Source: Actinomycetes bacterium
GTDB lineage: Bacteria > Actinomycetota > Acidimicrobiia > Acidimicrobiales > Acidimicrobiaceae
Direction of reading: 5' to 3'
DNA length: 64,000 bases
Assembly (NCBI GenBank): GCA_021799035.1
Contig: JAJZBG010000001.1
Coordinates: forward strand, 50,706 to 114,705
In this document: positions 10,794-19,818 of the stretch, in pieces
Position numbering within the stretch: the first letter of the stretch is position 1
Layout: every line of letters starts with the position of its first letter
Program-made: the position numbers and the translations under genes
Notes under the pieces: generated by a model
The model's input: the letters and a program-made list of their open reading frames with translations, nothing else
What the model was told of the DNA's origin: nothing
Database searches by the model: none

Positions 10794-11732
10794 ATGTCCG
10801 AACGTAGTCGTTATCTACCGCGCCGATCTTGTCTATCGGTGCCAGGGTCTTCCCAAAGGTTTTTGGAGAAGGCTCCTACTATAAATGCTGATATGTCGTT
10901 TCTAGATCTTGAGGATTCGGTGGCTCCGCTCGAGAAGCCAGCTGCCAGATCTCGTGTCGTTCAAGCCATCCGCGAGCTTGACTGGGATGACAGGGTACTT
11001 TGTGTTCGTGTGAATGCCTGGGACACCAGATGGACTTACGAAGACGTTATCCAGGTGGTTGGTCAGGCTGGCGAGCGGTTGGACGAGGTGATGCTGCCAA
11101 AGGTTCAGAGTGCAGCAGACGTAATCGCGCTCGATATGCTTCTCACACAGGTTGAGATCAATTCCGGCCTTCCCAGAGGGCACATAGGGATCGAAGCTCA
11201 GATAGAGTCCACTAAAGGTCTGATCAACGTGGAGGAGATTTGTGCGGCATCTCCCCGGTTGGAGACCATTGTTTTTGGTCCAGCCGACTTTGCTGCATCG
11301 ATGGAGATGCCAGTATTGACTGGGGGTGTACAGATAAGCGAGTACCCCGGTGATCATTTCCACTACGTGTTCTCGAAGATCTTGATGGCAGGAAGGGCGA
11401 ACGGTCTCCAAGTCATCGACGGTCCTTTCCTGAAGATTCGAGATCTCGATGCTCTTAGAGACTATTGTCAGAGAACTGTAACCCTTGGTTATGACGGCAA
11501 GTGGGCCCTGCATCCAGACCAGGTCACGCTGATCAACGAGTTGTACTCTCCGTCTCAGGAGCAGTTTGACAGGGCCATGGACATTCTTGATGCTTACAAG
11601 GCCGCCACCGAGGTTGATCTCATGGGTGCCGTGATGTTCGGTGATGAGATGATTGACGAGGCTAGCCGCAAGATGGCGACGAAGTTCATTGCCCGTGGCC
11701 AACGCGCAGGCATGAAGAGGTCTTCAGAGTAG
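10794..11732 (+). CDS. HpcH/HpaI (CitE-like) acyl-CoA lyase, malyl-CoA/beta-methylmalyl-CoA/citramalyl-CoA lyase-like
   Basis: SVPGSSQRFLEKA...LDLEDSVAP...MLPKV...GKWALHP blocks. I chose the ATG at 10794 over the 10752 start. Confidence 0.75.
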   Translation: MSERSRYLPRRSCLSVPGSSQRFLEKAPTINADMSFLDLEDSVAPLEKPAARSRVVQAIRELDWDDRVLCVRVNAWDTRWTYEDVIQVVGQAGERLDEVMLPKVQSAADVIALDMLLTQVEINSGLPRGHIGIEAQIESTKGLINVEEICAASPRLETIVFGPADFAASMEMPVLTGGVQISEYPGDHFHYVFSKILMAGRANGLQVIDGPFLKIRDLDALRDYCQRTVTLGYDGKWALHPDQVTLINELYSPSQEQFDRAMDILDAYKAATEVDLMGAVMFGDEMIDEASRKMATKFIARGQRAGMKRSSE

Positions 11733-11801
11733 TTCGAGCATCCTCCTGCTTCCGGTCCAGACCCGTCTTGTCCTTTTAGGGGGCAGGAGGAGCGCTATTG
11801 C

Positions 11802-12593
11802 TCAAAAGATTAAAGAGACCACCGTGAGGGCTATTCCAGCTACGAATACGCCGAGGTAGATCGCTGCGATACTGCTTGCCGATGCGGCTAGCATCGCCGA
11901 GATGATGACTCCCGATCCGTTCGAGAGATGGGACAGCATGTAATGTGGCAGAAGCCAAAAGAGCCCCACCTCGAGCGCTGACATCCCGATGAATCCAATG
12001 CCAATCTTTCGGAGTGTTTTGTTCCGCTTCGCCGACACCAGCAGGGATGCGGCCAGAAGCGCCAACCCGCCAACGAATGTTGAGTTTATCAAGGTCCCGA
12101 TCCAGCGGTAATACCTTCCAATGGAGGGGATCGAACTGCTCGAAAGCGTGAAGCTGAAAGGGACTTTTTCGATAGCTTGCTGTAGGGGCTGGTTCCCTGG
12201 GGCTATGATCTGTGCCACCGCCAATGAAAGTCCCGGACCACCAATGACAATCGGCCCATTGCTTTGGCCAATGAAGTGCAGCTGCAGCTGCAGGGCGACA
12301 TTGCCAAGCTCTTCTGCAACAGCGGGTTCGGAGAGTGCCTGCTCGACGGCAGCTCGGAGTTGCGCCGTGGAGATCTCGGCAAGCACCGGATACTTTGACT
12401 GGACCGAGCTTATGATGACCTCGCTCACTGCAGACCTGACCACAGGGTTCTTCAATGCCGTGGTTGCATAGACTGGCGCCTTGGCTGTAAGCAGGAGGCT
12501 TTGGCGCACAACCACTCCTGTCAGGCAGACCCAGGAGAGGATCAAACCAAGGACCAAAAGAACCCCGGCAACTCGTTGCCTCATGAAGGTCAA
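11802..12593 (-). CDS. hypothetical integral membrane protein
   Basis: Hydrophobic N-terminal anchor and three or four C-terminal TM segments. I preferred it over the overlapping same-strand 314-aa R/C/P-rich frame. Confidence 0.6.
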   Translation of the reverse strand: MTFMRQRVAGVLLVLGLILSWVCLTGVVVRQSLLLTAKAPVYATTALKNPVVRSAVSEVIISSVQSKYPVLAEISTAQLRAAVEQALSEPAVAEELGNVALQLQLHFIGQSNGPIVIGGPGLSLAVAQIIAPGNQPLQQAIEKVPFSFTLSSSSIPSIGRYYRWIGTLINSTFVGGLALLAASLLVSAKRNKTLRKIGIGFIGMSALEVGLFWLLPHYMLSHLSNGSGVIISAMLAASASSIAAIYLGVFVAGIALTVVSLIF

Positions 12594-12694
12594 TACCCCA
12601 ATCCCCCTTGGGCTCTCTTGGCTCTAAAGATGAATATCTACGATAGCAAGCTGCTTCACAGAGAAGCCTGCCATGCCCGGTTAAAATGTGCCAA

Positions 12695-14284
12695 CTAGCC
12701 TTTGAAAAGCTTCCTGGCAATTACCTTAAGGGAGAGCGTTTCGTCCGCTCCTTCGAAAATCGAGAGGACACGCGCGTCTACGAAGTACCTGCTTACTGAG
12801 AACTCTTCTGCATAGCCCATTCCTCCGTGGATTTGCATGGCCTCCCTGGTGACCCATTCGGCTGCCCGGCACACATAGGCCTTTATCATAGAAGCTTCGA
12901 GTGAGCCGTCTCCCTTTGCCATGAGGTTGGCTACGTGATAGGCGAACTGCCGAGAAGCCTGGATGATTGCAGCCATCCTGCCCAACTTCGCCTGCGTCAA
13001 TTCGTAGTTGAAAATTGGCTGACCGAAGACCTTGCGATTGTTGGCATAGTCCAAGGCCGCCTCATAAGCAGCCTGCATCACTCCCACTGCACGAGCTGCG
13101 GTCTGGATCCTTCCGTTTTCAAAACCTTCCATCTGGAAATAGAAGCCCTTGCCAAGCCCGTCTTCAAGGCCGACGAGTGAATCAGACGGGATCCACCAGT
13201 TTTCAAAAGAGATCTCGTAGGAGTGCATGCCCCGGTAACCGATTGTCTCTATTGGCCTGCCCTCCATCCGTCCCACCGTGCCTGAAGGGCGTGGATCCTG
13301 ATTGAAAAGGAATCCCCTTCCTTCTCCTCGAGGCTTCTCTACGATGAAAAGTGATAAGCCCCTATGCGCTTTTGATTTGTCAGGGTCAGTCCTGGCAAGC
13401 AGCATCAAGACATCGGCTCGTGCGGCGAATGTACACCAAGTCTTCACGCCGTTGACCAGCCATCCGTCTTCAACGCGAGTAGCGGATGTCGTGAGATTGG
13501 CGACGTCCGAGCCGAAGTCCGGTTCTGTAACTGCTACCGCGGCAAGAACTTCGGCGGTTGCTAGCTTGGGCAGCCAGTAGTTCTTCTGATCTGGTGTCCC
13601 ACCTCTTATCAGCGCCCTTGCGAGTATCTCAGGTCTAGTGATAAGGGATCCTCCAGCCCCGAGCGAAGCCCTGGAAAGCTCTTCAGTCGCTATTATCATT
13701 GCCGTGTAATTGTGGCCTTCGCCTGCGGCAAATCCTCCGAACTCATCGGGAATTGAAAGTCCGAAGGCCCCCATTTCGGCAAGACCGGAGATGATGTCCT
13801 CGGGAATGTCCAAATTTTCCCTATGAATCTCGTCCGCTCGCGGCACGATTTTATCATTCGCAAATCTTCGGAACGCATCCCTCACCATCTCGAATTCTGG
13901 GTCAAGGTGGAGCGGACCCGCTTCGGTTGCCACAGATGCCACGAACTCGGGCTGGCGGTATTTGCTCGCGAAGCCCCTGAGCTCATCCAGTGAGCCTGGT
14001 TCCACCCCCCAATCGTCCTCGCGCCCAAATGTTTTGGATGCTAGATCGTGAACTACGTCAGCTATGAACACTGAAACCAATCTGGCTTCCAAATCTCCCT
14101 TGGCGCCGTAGTCGAGCACGGCGCGACAAGCCTCAACTCCTGATGCCATGTGGGCAAGGTCATATGCGATTACCTGATGCGTGTCGGGGTCATCCTGCGC
14201 AGAGAGCTGAAGTATCGCTCCGTCAACGATTTGCTTGGCCTTTTCAACGACTGCTGCTGCATACTGCATATCTGGCTCGAACAT
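12695..14284 (-). CDS. acyl-CoA dehydrogenase with ~130-aa N-terminal extension (methylsuccinyl-CoA dehydrogenase-like architecture)
   Basis: 529 aa. The canonical ACAD fold begins near residue 130 (FEMVRDAFRRFANDKIVP...). C-terminal IHGGMGYAEE block. Confidence 0.85.
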   Translation of the reverse strand: MFEPDMQYAAAVVEKAKQIVDGAILQLSAQDDPDTHQVIAYDLAHMASGVEACRAVLDYGAKGDLEARLVSVFIADVVHDLASKTFGREDDWGVEPGSLDELRGFASKYRQPEFVASVATEAGPLHLDPEFEMVRDAFRRFANDKIVPRADEIHRENLDIPEDIISGLAEMGAFGLSIPDEFGGFAAGEGHNYTAMIIATEELSRASLGAGGSLITRPEILARALIRGGTPDQKNYWLPKLATAEVLAAVAVTEPDFGSDVANLTTSATRVEDGWLVNGVKTWCTFAARADVLMLLARTDPDKSKAHRGLSLFIVEKPRGEGRGFLFNQDPRPSGTVGRMEGRPIETIGYRGMHSYEISFENWWIPSDSLVGLEDGLGKGFYFQMEGFENGRIQTAARAVGVMQAAYEAALDYANNRKVFGQPIFNYELTQAKLGRMAAIIQASRQFAYHVANLMAKGDGSLEASMIKAYVCRAAEWVTREAMQIHGGMGYAEEFSVSRYFVDARVLSIFEGADETLSLKVIARKLFKG

Positions 14285-14348
14285 AAAGCAAGAATATACC
14301 TTCGACCTATTGGGAGGCTAATTGGCAGTGATCCGCCTGCTGATTTGG

Positions 14349-15008
14349 CTAGCGCCTGATGCGGGCGATCGTCGTGACAATCGGAGGCAGCATGATAGGT
14401 TCTTCGATCATCAAGGTGTCCGTCATAGCTTCGAGGTATCTTGCTTCTGGCGTATCTCCCAATGCGACTGGAGCCTCTGCCCAGCAGTCAGTCATTTCCA
14501 GGCCAAGCTCATGGACCATCAGCGGCACCTTTATTCCTATGTCAGGATGTCGCATAGTGCCTGCAAGTGCGCTTATGGGAGACTCTCCTATTCTTCCGGC
14601 TGAAGTGATCGCTTCTTGGATAACCACCCAGCCGTCCGTTCTGACGACACTCGCCATTCTTTCTATAACGAGCTTGGGATCAACTACCTGGAGCAAGAGG
14701 AATCTGCAAAATGCGAGGTCGACCTTTTCTGGCAGCAGAAGCTCCTCCGCTGCCTGTGTAAGCGCGATAACCTGGGTTTCTTTGGATGCCGCTTCCGCCA
14801 CTTGGTCTCGCCGTCTAGGGTCGATGTCGATAGCAAACACCCTCCCTGTGGGACCAACGATCTTGCCAAGGGCCACGCTGACATCGCCGCCGCCGGCACC
14901 CACATCAGCGCACTTCCAACCTGCGCCTATGCCGAGCCTTTCGGTTGCTGTTTCCAGCGGCCTACGATAAACATCGTCTCTTAGCTCAAAAGCCACACGA
15001 TCTGCCAT
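14349..15008 (-). CDS. class I SAM-dependent methyltransferase
   Basis: Motif I, DVGAGGGD, in a 219-aa Rossmann-like protein. Confidence 0.75.
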   Translation of the reverse strand: MADRVAFELRDDVYRRPLETATERLGIGAGWKCADVGAGGGDVSVALGKIVGPTGRVFAIDIDPRRRDQVAEAASKETQVIALTQAAEELLLPEKVDLAFCRFLLLQVVDPKLVIERMASVVRTDGWVVIQEAITSAGRIGESPISALAGTMRHPDIGIKVPLMVHELGLEMTDCWAEAPVALGDTPEARYLEAMTDTLMIEEPIMLPPIVTTIARIRR

Positions 15009-15032
15009 AACTTTACGCTAGTGTGGTAACCC

Positions 15033-15494
15033 GTGAATGTGACAATGTTGCTTTGTGATTCTGCCTCGGTTGCAGAAGGGAAGCTGTTCATTTTGGGCGG
15101 CGGATGGACGGTAGTGGGTCCGCAGCCGACTCCAATGGCAATAGCTCTCAAGCTTGATGTTGCCTGGACCGAGCTCGAGGATCCGCACCACTGGGAGCTA
15201 TTTCTCGAGGATGCGGATGGCAAAGAGGTAGTCTTTGAGACACCGGAGGGACCTAGGCCTGTTGAGGTCAGAGGAGACTTCCAGGTGGGTCGACCCCAGG
15301 GCGCAATCGAGGGAGCTCCTGTTTCTGTCAACCTGGCGGTGAACATTGGCCCGCTCCCGTTCAACCCGGGTCAGCGCTATGACTGGAAGCTCATGATCGA
15401 CGGCCAGTCCAGAGAAGAGTGGGTGCTCTCATTCTCGACGAGATCATTGGATGAAACTGGCTTTGGCCAGGTGCCAGGAGTTCAGCAGATATGA
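15033..15494 (+). CDS. hypothetical protein, translationally coupled to the MaoC gene
   Basis: 153-aa ORF. Its stop overlaps the next start (ATGA at 15491-15494). Confidence 0.55.
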   Translation: MNVTMLLCDSASVAEGKLFILGGGWTVVGPQPTPMAIALKLDVAWTELEDPHHWELFLEDADGKEVVFETPEGPRPVEVRGDFQVGRPQGAIEGAPVSVNLAVNIGPLPFNPGQRYDWKLMIDGQSREEWVLSFSTRSLDETGFGQVPGVQQI

Positions 15495-16003
15495 CAACTT
15501 ACGAGAGGCCGTTCGGGGCCTATCTTGAAGACTTCAAGCCGGGCGACATATACCGTCATTGGCCAGGAAAGACCATTACCGAAGCGGATGACCATCTGTT
15601 TTGCATGATAACGATGAATCACCATCCGCTTCACACGAATGTCTACTTCGCCGAGAATGAGACTGTTCAGAAGAGAAACGTTGTCGTTGGCAACCTGGTC
15701 TACTCTCTGGTGCTGGGAATGAGCGTTCCTGACATAAGCGGTGCGGCTATAGCCAACCTTGAAGTTGAATCCCTCAAGCATCTCAATCCGACCTTTCACG
15801 GCGACACGATCTATGCCGAAACACGAGTGCTAGATGTGACGGAATCAAAGTCCAAGCAGGATCGAGGGATCGTGTCTGTTGAAACAAAGGGATTCAACCA
15901 GAATGGGCTTGAAGTGTGCTATTTCAAGCGCAAAGTCATGGTTTGGAAAAAGGAGTTTGCTCCAGCGCGGAAGCGTCCTTACGCAGATGCCAACTGGAGT
16001 TAA
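15491..16003 (+). CDS. MaoC-family (R)-specific enoyl-CoA hydratase/dehydratase (Rv2499c / itaconyl- or mesaconyl-CoA hydratase-like)
   Basis: Hot-dog fold blocks FKPGDIYRHWPGKTITEADDHLFCMITMNHHPLH and PTFHGDT. Confidence 0.8.
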   Translation: MTTYERPFGAYLEDFKPGDIYRHWPGKTITEADDHLFCMITMNHHPLHTNVYFAENETVQKRNVVVGNLVYSLVLGMSVPDISGAAIANLEVESLKHLNPTFHGDTIYAETRVLDVTESKSKQDRGIVSVETKGFNQNGLEVCYFKRKVMVWKKEFAPARKRPYADANWS

Positions 16004-16228
16004 TATTCCGGGCAGATAAAAATCAGAACGGTGTCACCCGTGGCTTTGATCTCTAGAGCTTGGGGAAGAAATTCTGGGGCTTTGAGTTTGCAATTTTTCC
16101 TTGCTCTGCCGATTATTCGCAGCTGATCGTTTTATTGTTTGCTTGCATTTTGTCTACGTGACTCGCGATCTATTTCGAATTGAGGAATTTTGGGTTCTTC
16201 AAAATTATGGCTAGGGTGATTAATACCC

Positions 16229-17083
16229 ATGGCGAGGCTTGAATTTTTCGGAGTCAGGGGATCTCACCCTACTCCGAGTGCACAGAACTTGGAATTTGGC
16301 GGAAACACTTCATGCGTGGTGCTTTATTCAGATGCCGATCCCGATGGAAGGTTTCCCCTGATTTTGGATCTCGGAACTGGATTGACGAGATTTGCTGAGA
16401 CTCAGCCGCATGACGGTTCTTTCTCTGGAACAGCACTCTTATCGCATCTGCATTTTGACCATATCCAAGGTTTGCCATTTTTTGCTCCTGTCGACAAAAA
16501 GGGTGCGCGCTTGGAGATCCATGGGCCGAGTGAAGATGGCAAGTCTCTTCAAGATAGTTTGGACGTGCTGATAGGGTCGCCCTTTTTCCCAGTCATGCTT
16601 TCGGAGCTGCGGGGCGAGATCATAATCTGTGACATCGAGAGTTCGAAAATGATCCTGGAACAGCCTGGCAGGCCGAAAGTGGTTCCGCATCTGGTTGACC
16701 ATACGAATGCAACCTACGGCTACAGGATTGAGATTGACGACAAGGTCGTGGTCTTCATTCCGGATCATCAGGCTCCTCTGGATGGTTCATCGTTTGTCAA
16801 GAACTCGGTTCTGGAGCTGTGCCAAGGCGCTGACATCTTGATACACGATGCCCAATACACCCAAGATGAGTTTGGGAAGAAGTCGCATTGGGGCCATTCC
16901 ACCTACGAGTATTCCTTGGCAATAGCACGCCTGGCCGAGGTCAAGTCACTAGCGTTCTTCCATCACGATCCGCGAAGATCTGACGCGCAGCTTGAGGCGA
17001 TAGAACAGCAGTATCAGCAGCAGAACGCTGACTCCCAATTCCACGTCTTTGCTGCTCGTGAAGGCGACCTGGTCAGAATCTAA
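16229..17083 (+). CDS. MBL-fold metallo-hydrolase
   Basis: HLHFDHIQG metal-binding motif; 284 aa. Confidence 0.8.
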   Translation: MARLEFFGVRGSHPTPSAQNLEFGGNTSCVVLYSDADPDGRFPLILDLGTGLTRFAETQPHDGSFSGTALLSHLHFDHIQGLPFFAPVDKKGARLEIHGPSEDGKSLQDSLDVLIGSPFFPVMLSELRGEIIICDIESSKMILEQPGRPKVVPHLVDHTNATYGYRIEIDDKVVVFIPDHQAPLDGSSFVKNSVLELCQGADILIHDAQYTQDEFGKKSHWGHSTYEYSLAIARLAEVKSLAFFHHDPRRSDAQLEAIEQQYQQQNADSQFHVFAAREGDLVRI

Positions 17084-17099
17084 GAAGCTACTTTCGTCA

Positions 17100-17624
17100 A
17101 TGGCTGATAATCCTAGGAAGGTAACTGGGTTGGAGAGCAATTTCACTGTTGAAGAGTTCAAACAGGTAGTGGGATCATTTGTGACCGGAATTACGGTGGT
17201 CACTGCATCATCTGCCGACGGCCCGGTCGGTTTCACTTGCCAGAGCTTCACCTCTCTTTCACTTGATCCTCCGACAATTCTGATCTCAGTGGCGCAGACA
17301 TCCAGAACCTTCTCTACGATTGCGTCGAGCAAGAGGTTTTGTGTGAATATTCTTAGCACTGGATCGGCTCACCTCGCCCACGATTTCGCCTTCATGGATC
17401 CCAGCATTCGGTTCACAACTCATTCGTGGACTTTGGGCGAGTCAGGGAATCCCGTCCTAGAGGCGGCACTTGCCTGGCTCGATTGCGATCTGGTGAATTC
17501 CATTGAAGTGGAAGATCACCTGATTGCTATTGGCAGGGTGGTTGGTGTGGGCGCACTCGACGAAACACGAGAGCCGTTGATCTACTACAGAGGAGATTTC
17601 GGAGAGTTTACCCGTTTGGCCTAG
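17100..17624 (+). CDS. flavin reductase family protein
   Basis: FKQVVGSFVTGITVVTA block typical of the NAD(P)H-flavin reductase domain. I chose the ATG at 17100 to avoid overlap with the upstream gene. Confidence 0.8.
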   Translation: MADNPRKVTGLESNFTVEEFKQVVGSFVTGITVVTASSADGPVGFTCQSFTSLSLDPPTILISVAQTSRTFSTIASSKRFCVNILSTGSAHLAHDFAFMDPSIRFTTHSWTLGESGNPVLEAALAWLDCDLVNSIEVEDHLIAIGRVVGVGALDETREPLIYYRGDFGEFTRLA

Positions 17625-17754
17625 TGGTGCGTGCGATAGCAGCTATCGAGCAGTCCGAACTTTTTCGAAATGGCGAATCATCATCGATACGCGTCTGCAA
17701 AGCGATTCTTGTAAGATCTCTGCGGGGAATATCGGAGCCGATACCTGGACGAGG

Positions 17755-18312
17755 ATGAAGATGACCAAGGTGTACGAGTCGGAGCAAATTGCAGATGTCA
17801 TGATTGTGGAACCCAAGTCTTTTGGCGATGACCGTGGTCGATTCCTGGAGACATACCGGCGCTCATGGTTTCCGCTGGGTCGGGAAATGGTCCAGTCATC
17901 AAGGTCAGACAAGACCGCGGGATCCCTCGTTGGGCTTCACTATCATCTGCATCAAGCTGACTACTGGTATGTTGTCAAGGGAAGGGCTCAAGTTGTCTTG
18001 CATGATCTGCGTGTTGGTTCGCGCACCGAAGGAAGCACGCTTGAAGTCGAGGCTGGCGAAGAGCACGAAATTGGAATCTTCATACCGCCCGGCGTAGCCC
18101 ACGGTTTTGCTGCAATCACCGATATGACACTCACGTATCTTGTGGATGGGTACTATAACCCCTCCGATGAGCTTGGCGTGGCATGGAACGACCCGGCAAT
18201 CGGTGCTGACTGGAAAGTAGAGGCGCCTGTCTACTCTCAGCGGGATGCAAATAATCCGCTCAAGAGCGATATCAAAGAGTATTTGCTTCCACGCGCAGTA
18301 TTGCGTTCCTGA
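17755..18312 (+). CDS. rmlC: dTDP-4-dehydrorhamnose 3,5-epimerase
   Basis: FGDDRGRFLETY, GLHYH and the cupin fold. No rmlA, rmlB or rmlD is nearby. Confidence 0.85.
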   Translation: MKMTKVYESEQIADVMIVEPKSFGDDRGRFLETYRRSWFPLGREMVQSSRSDKTAGSLVGLHYHLHQADYWYVVKGRAQVVLHDLRVGSRTEGSTLEVEAGEEHEIGIFIPPGVAHGFAAITDMTLTYLVDGYYNPSDELGVAWNDPAIGADWKVEAPVYSQRDANNPLKSDIKEYLLPRAVLRS

Positions 18313-18449
18313 TTAGATAGCCTTTATACTGAGGTTTTGTTTAATCGCGATCTTTTATCTTCGCAAGTTCTTACTTTTTGCCAAATATCGTGGAAAACGG
18401 GGCCTAGTTGCTTTACATGCTCTAGCGACGGCAAGTCCGGAGGTAAGAG

Positions 18450-19544
18450 TTGGCTTTATTAGCTTTGGCACTTGTGGCAATAGTCGTTTTCAGTTTCATC
18501 GGGGCTGCACTCTCGTCACGGGCAAGGTCCGAGAAGAAGTCGATCGCAAGCTTTCATCAGCAAATGGATCAGCTCTCTGGTGTTGTGAAGTCTGATAGCA
18601 ACCAAAGCGACGCTCTTCCTGAAGCTCAGGACCTTTTCTCTTCGGTTCGTTCGCACGTGAAGGTTGTTGGAAAGGCCAGTAGCTCCAGGGCAAGCGGTGC
18701 AGCGAGGAGGCGCACACACAGGTCTGGGACGGCGAGCACAGGAGCCGCTAGGCGGACTCGACCATCCCTGTCATCACCGGCGCCGGCGAGTGCCTCGTTC
18801 GATCCTCCAAAGGCGGATGAGCTAAGTCATCACGAGCGCGCCAATCAACGAGCCGAGTCATATGCGGGGGCGGATCGTGCCAATTCAGTTTCGAGGAAGA
18901 GATCTAGCAACTCGAGGCGCACTAGGACGAGTTCGAGCACACGTTCAAATGTCTCTGGGGTGCACACCACGGTGCTTCATTTCGACGATGAGCCTCCAGC
19001 TGGCGCGGCCGCAGGATCACCGGACTCGGAGTCGCCAATTTCCGTGAGAAGGGCGAATACGAAGGTATTGGCAGCTGCTTCGGTGGTGGCGCTTGCTGGA
19101 CTGGGAACTATCGTGTTTGCGCTGAGCAATTCTCATGGTCCGGTCCAATCCAAGCTGTCGGTTTCCAACTCGACTAAGAACACCACTGCGCCTAGATCAC
19201 CCACGCCGACAACGGTAGCTTCTCCGCCACCTGTGGGCCCTTTAACTCCTACATCGGCTGACAGTGCTGGTGCCACTTATTTCATCGACGCATCTTCTAT
19301 CACGGTGAACCTCTCTGCATCTGCACCATCATGGGTAGAGGAGTCGGTGGCACCAGGTTCAAAGGTCCTGTGGCAGGGGATAATTCCGGCGGGAGGCAGC
19401 AAGAGCTTTACGCTTGACAGCTCGATGTGGATACGAACCGGAAACGTTGACGTGTTGACTATCACCGCGAATGGTCGCACGGTCAGTTTCAATGCCAACC
19501 CAGGCGTCTATGACTTCACCTTCAGGCAAGGTGTCAAGGCTTGA
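18450..19544 (+). CDS. membrane-anchored protein with S/R/T/P-rich low-complexity region and RodZ C-terminal (DUF4115)-like domain
   Basis: N-terminal TM segment (LLALALVAIVVFSFIGAAL) and a long disordered Ser/Arg-rich stretch. The C-terminal beta-rich block WVEESVAPGSKVLWQGIIPAGGSKSF...TGNVDVLTITANG resembles RodZ_C. Confidence 0.6.
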   Translation: MALLALALVAIVVFSFIGAALSSRARSEKKSIASFHQQMDQLSGVVKSDSNQSDALPEAQDLFSSVRSHVKVVGKASSSRASGAARRRTHRSGTASTGAARRTRPSLSSPAPASASFDPPKADELSHHERANQRAESYAGADRANSVSRKRSSNSRRTRTSSSTRSNVSGVHTTVLHFDDEPPAGAAAGSPDSESPISVRRANTKVLAAASVVALAGLGTIVFALSNSHGPVQSKLSVSNSTKNTTAPRSPTPTTVASPPPVGPLTPTSADSAGATYFIDASSITVNLSASAPSWVEESVAPGSKVLWQGIIPAGGSKSFTLDSSMWIRTGNVDVLTITANGRTVSFNANPGVYDFTFRQGVKA

Positions 19545-19546
19545 GT

Positions 19547-19566
19547 CTGCTTGCGGAGGCAGTTTT
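19547..19566 (+). terminator. intrinsic terminator after the DUF4115 gene
   Basis: CTGCTT-GCGG-AGGCAG hairpin (6 bp including one G.U pair, tetraloop) followed by TTTT, 3 nt after the stop codon. Confidence 0.6.
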
Positions 19567-19818
19567 AGGCTCCGTGTTTGTTAGGACTACCTCAGCTGGC
19601 TCTCTCTCGCAATTGGCGACATGCTGATCCCATGGTTAGTGTTTCTTGGGGAACCATTAAGGTCCAAGGCGGTACTCGATGACGGACGCCTTCGATGGAC
19701 TTCGTTTCGGTCGTGTGAGCGGCAGGAAGGCGCTTGCACCGAATAGCAAGAGCTACTTGTTGATCTTGGTCCCGTCCAAGCGTCTCTGTTGGCTGTTCCT
19801 GCTTGCAGTCGTAACCTG

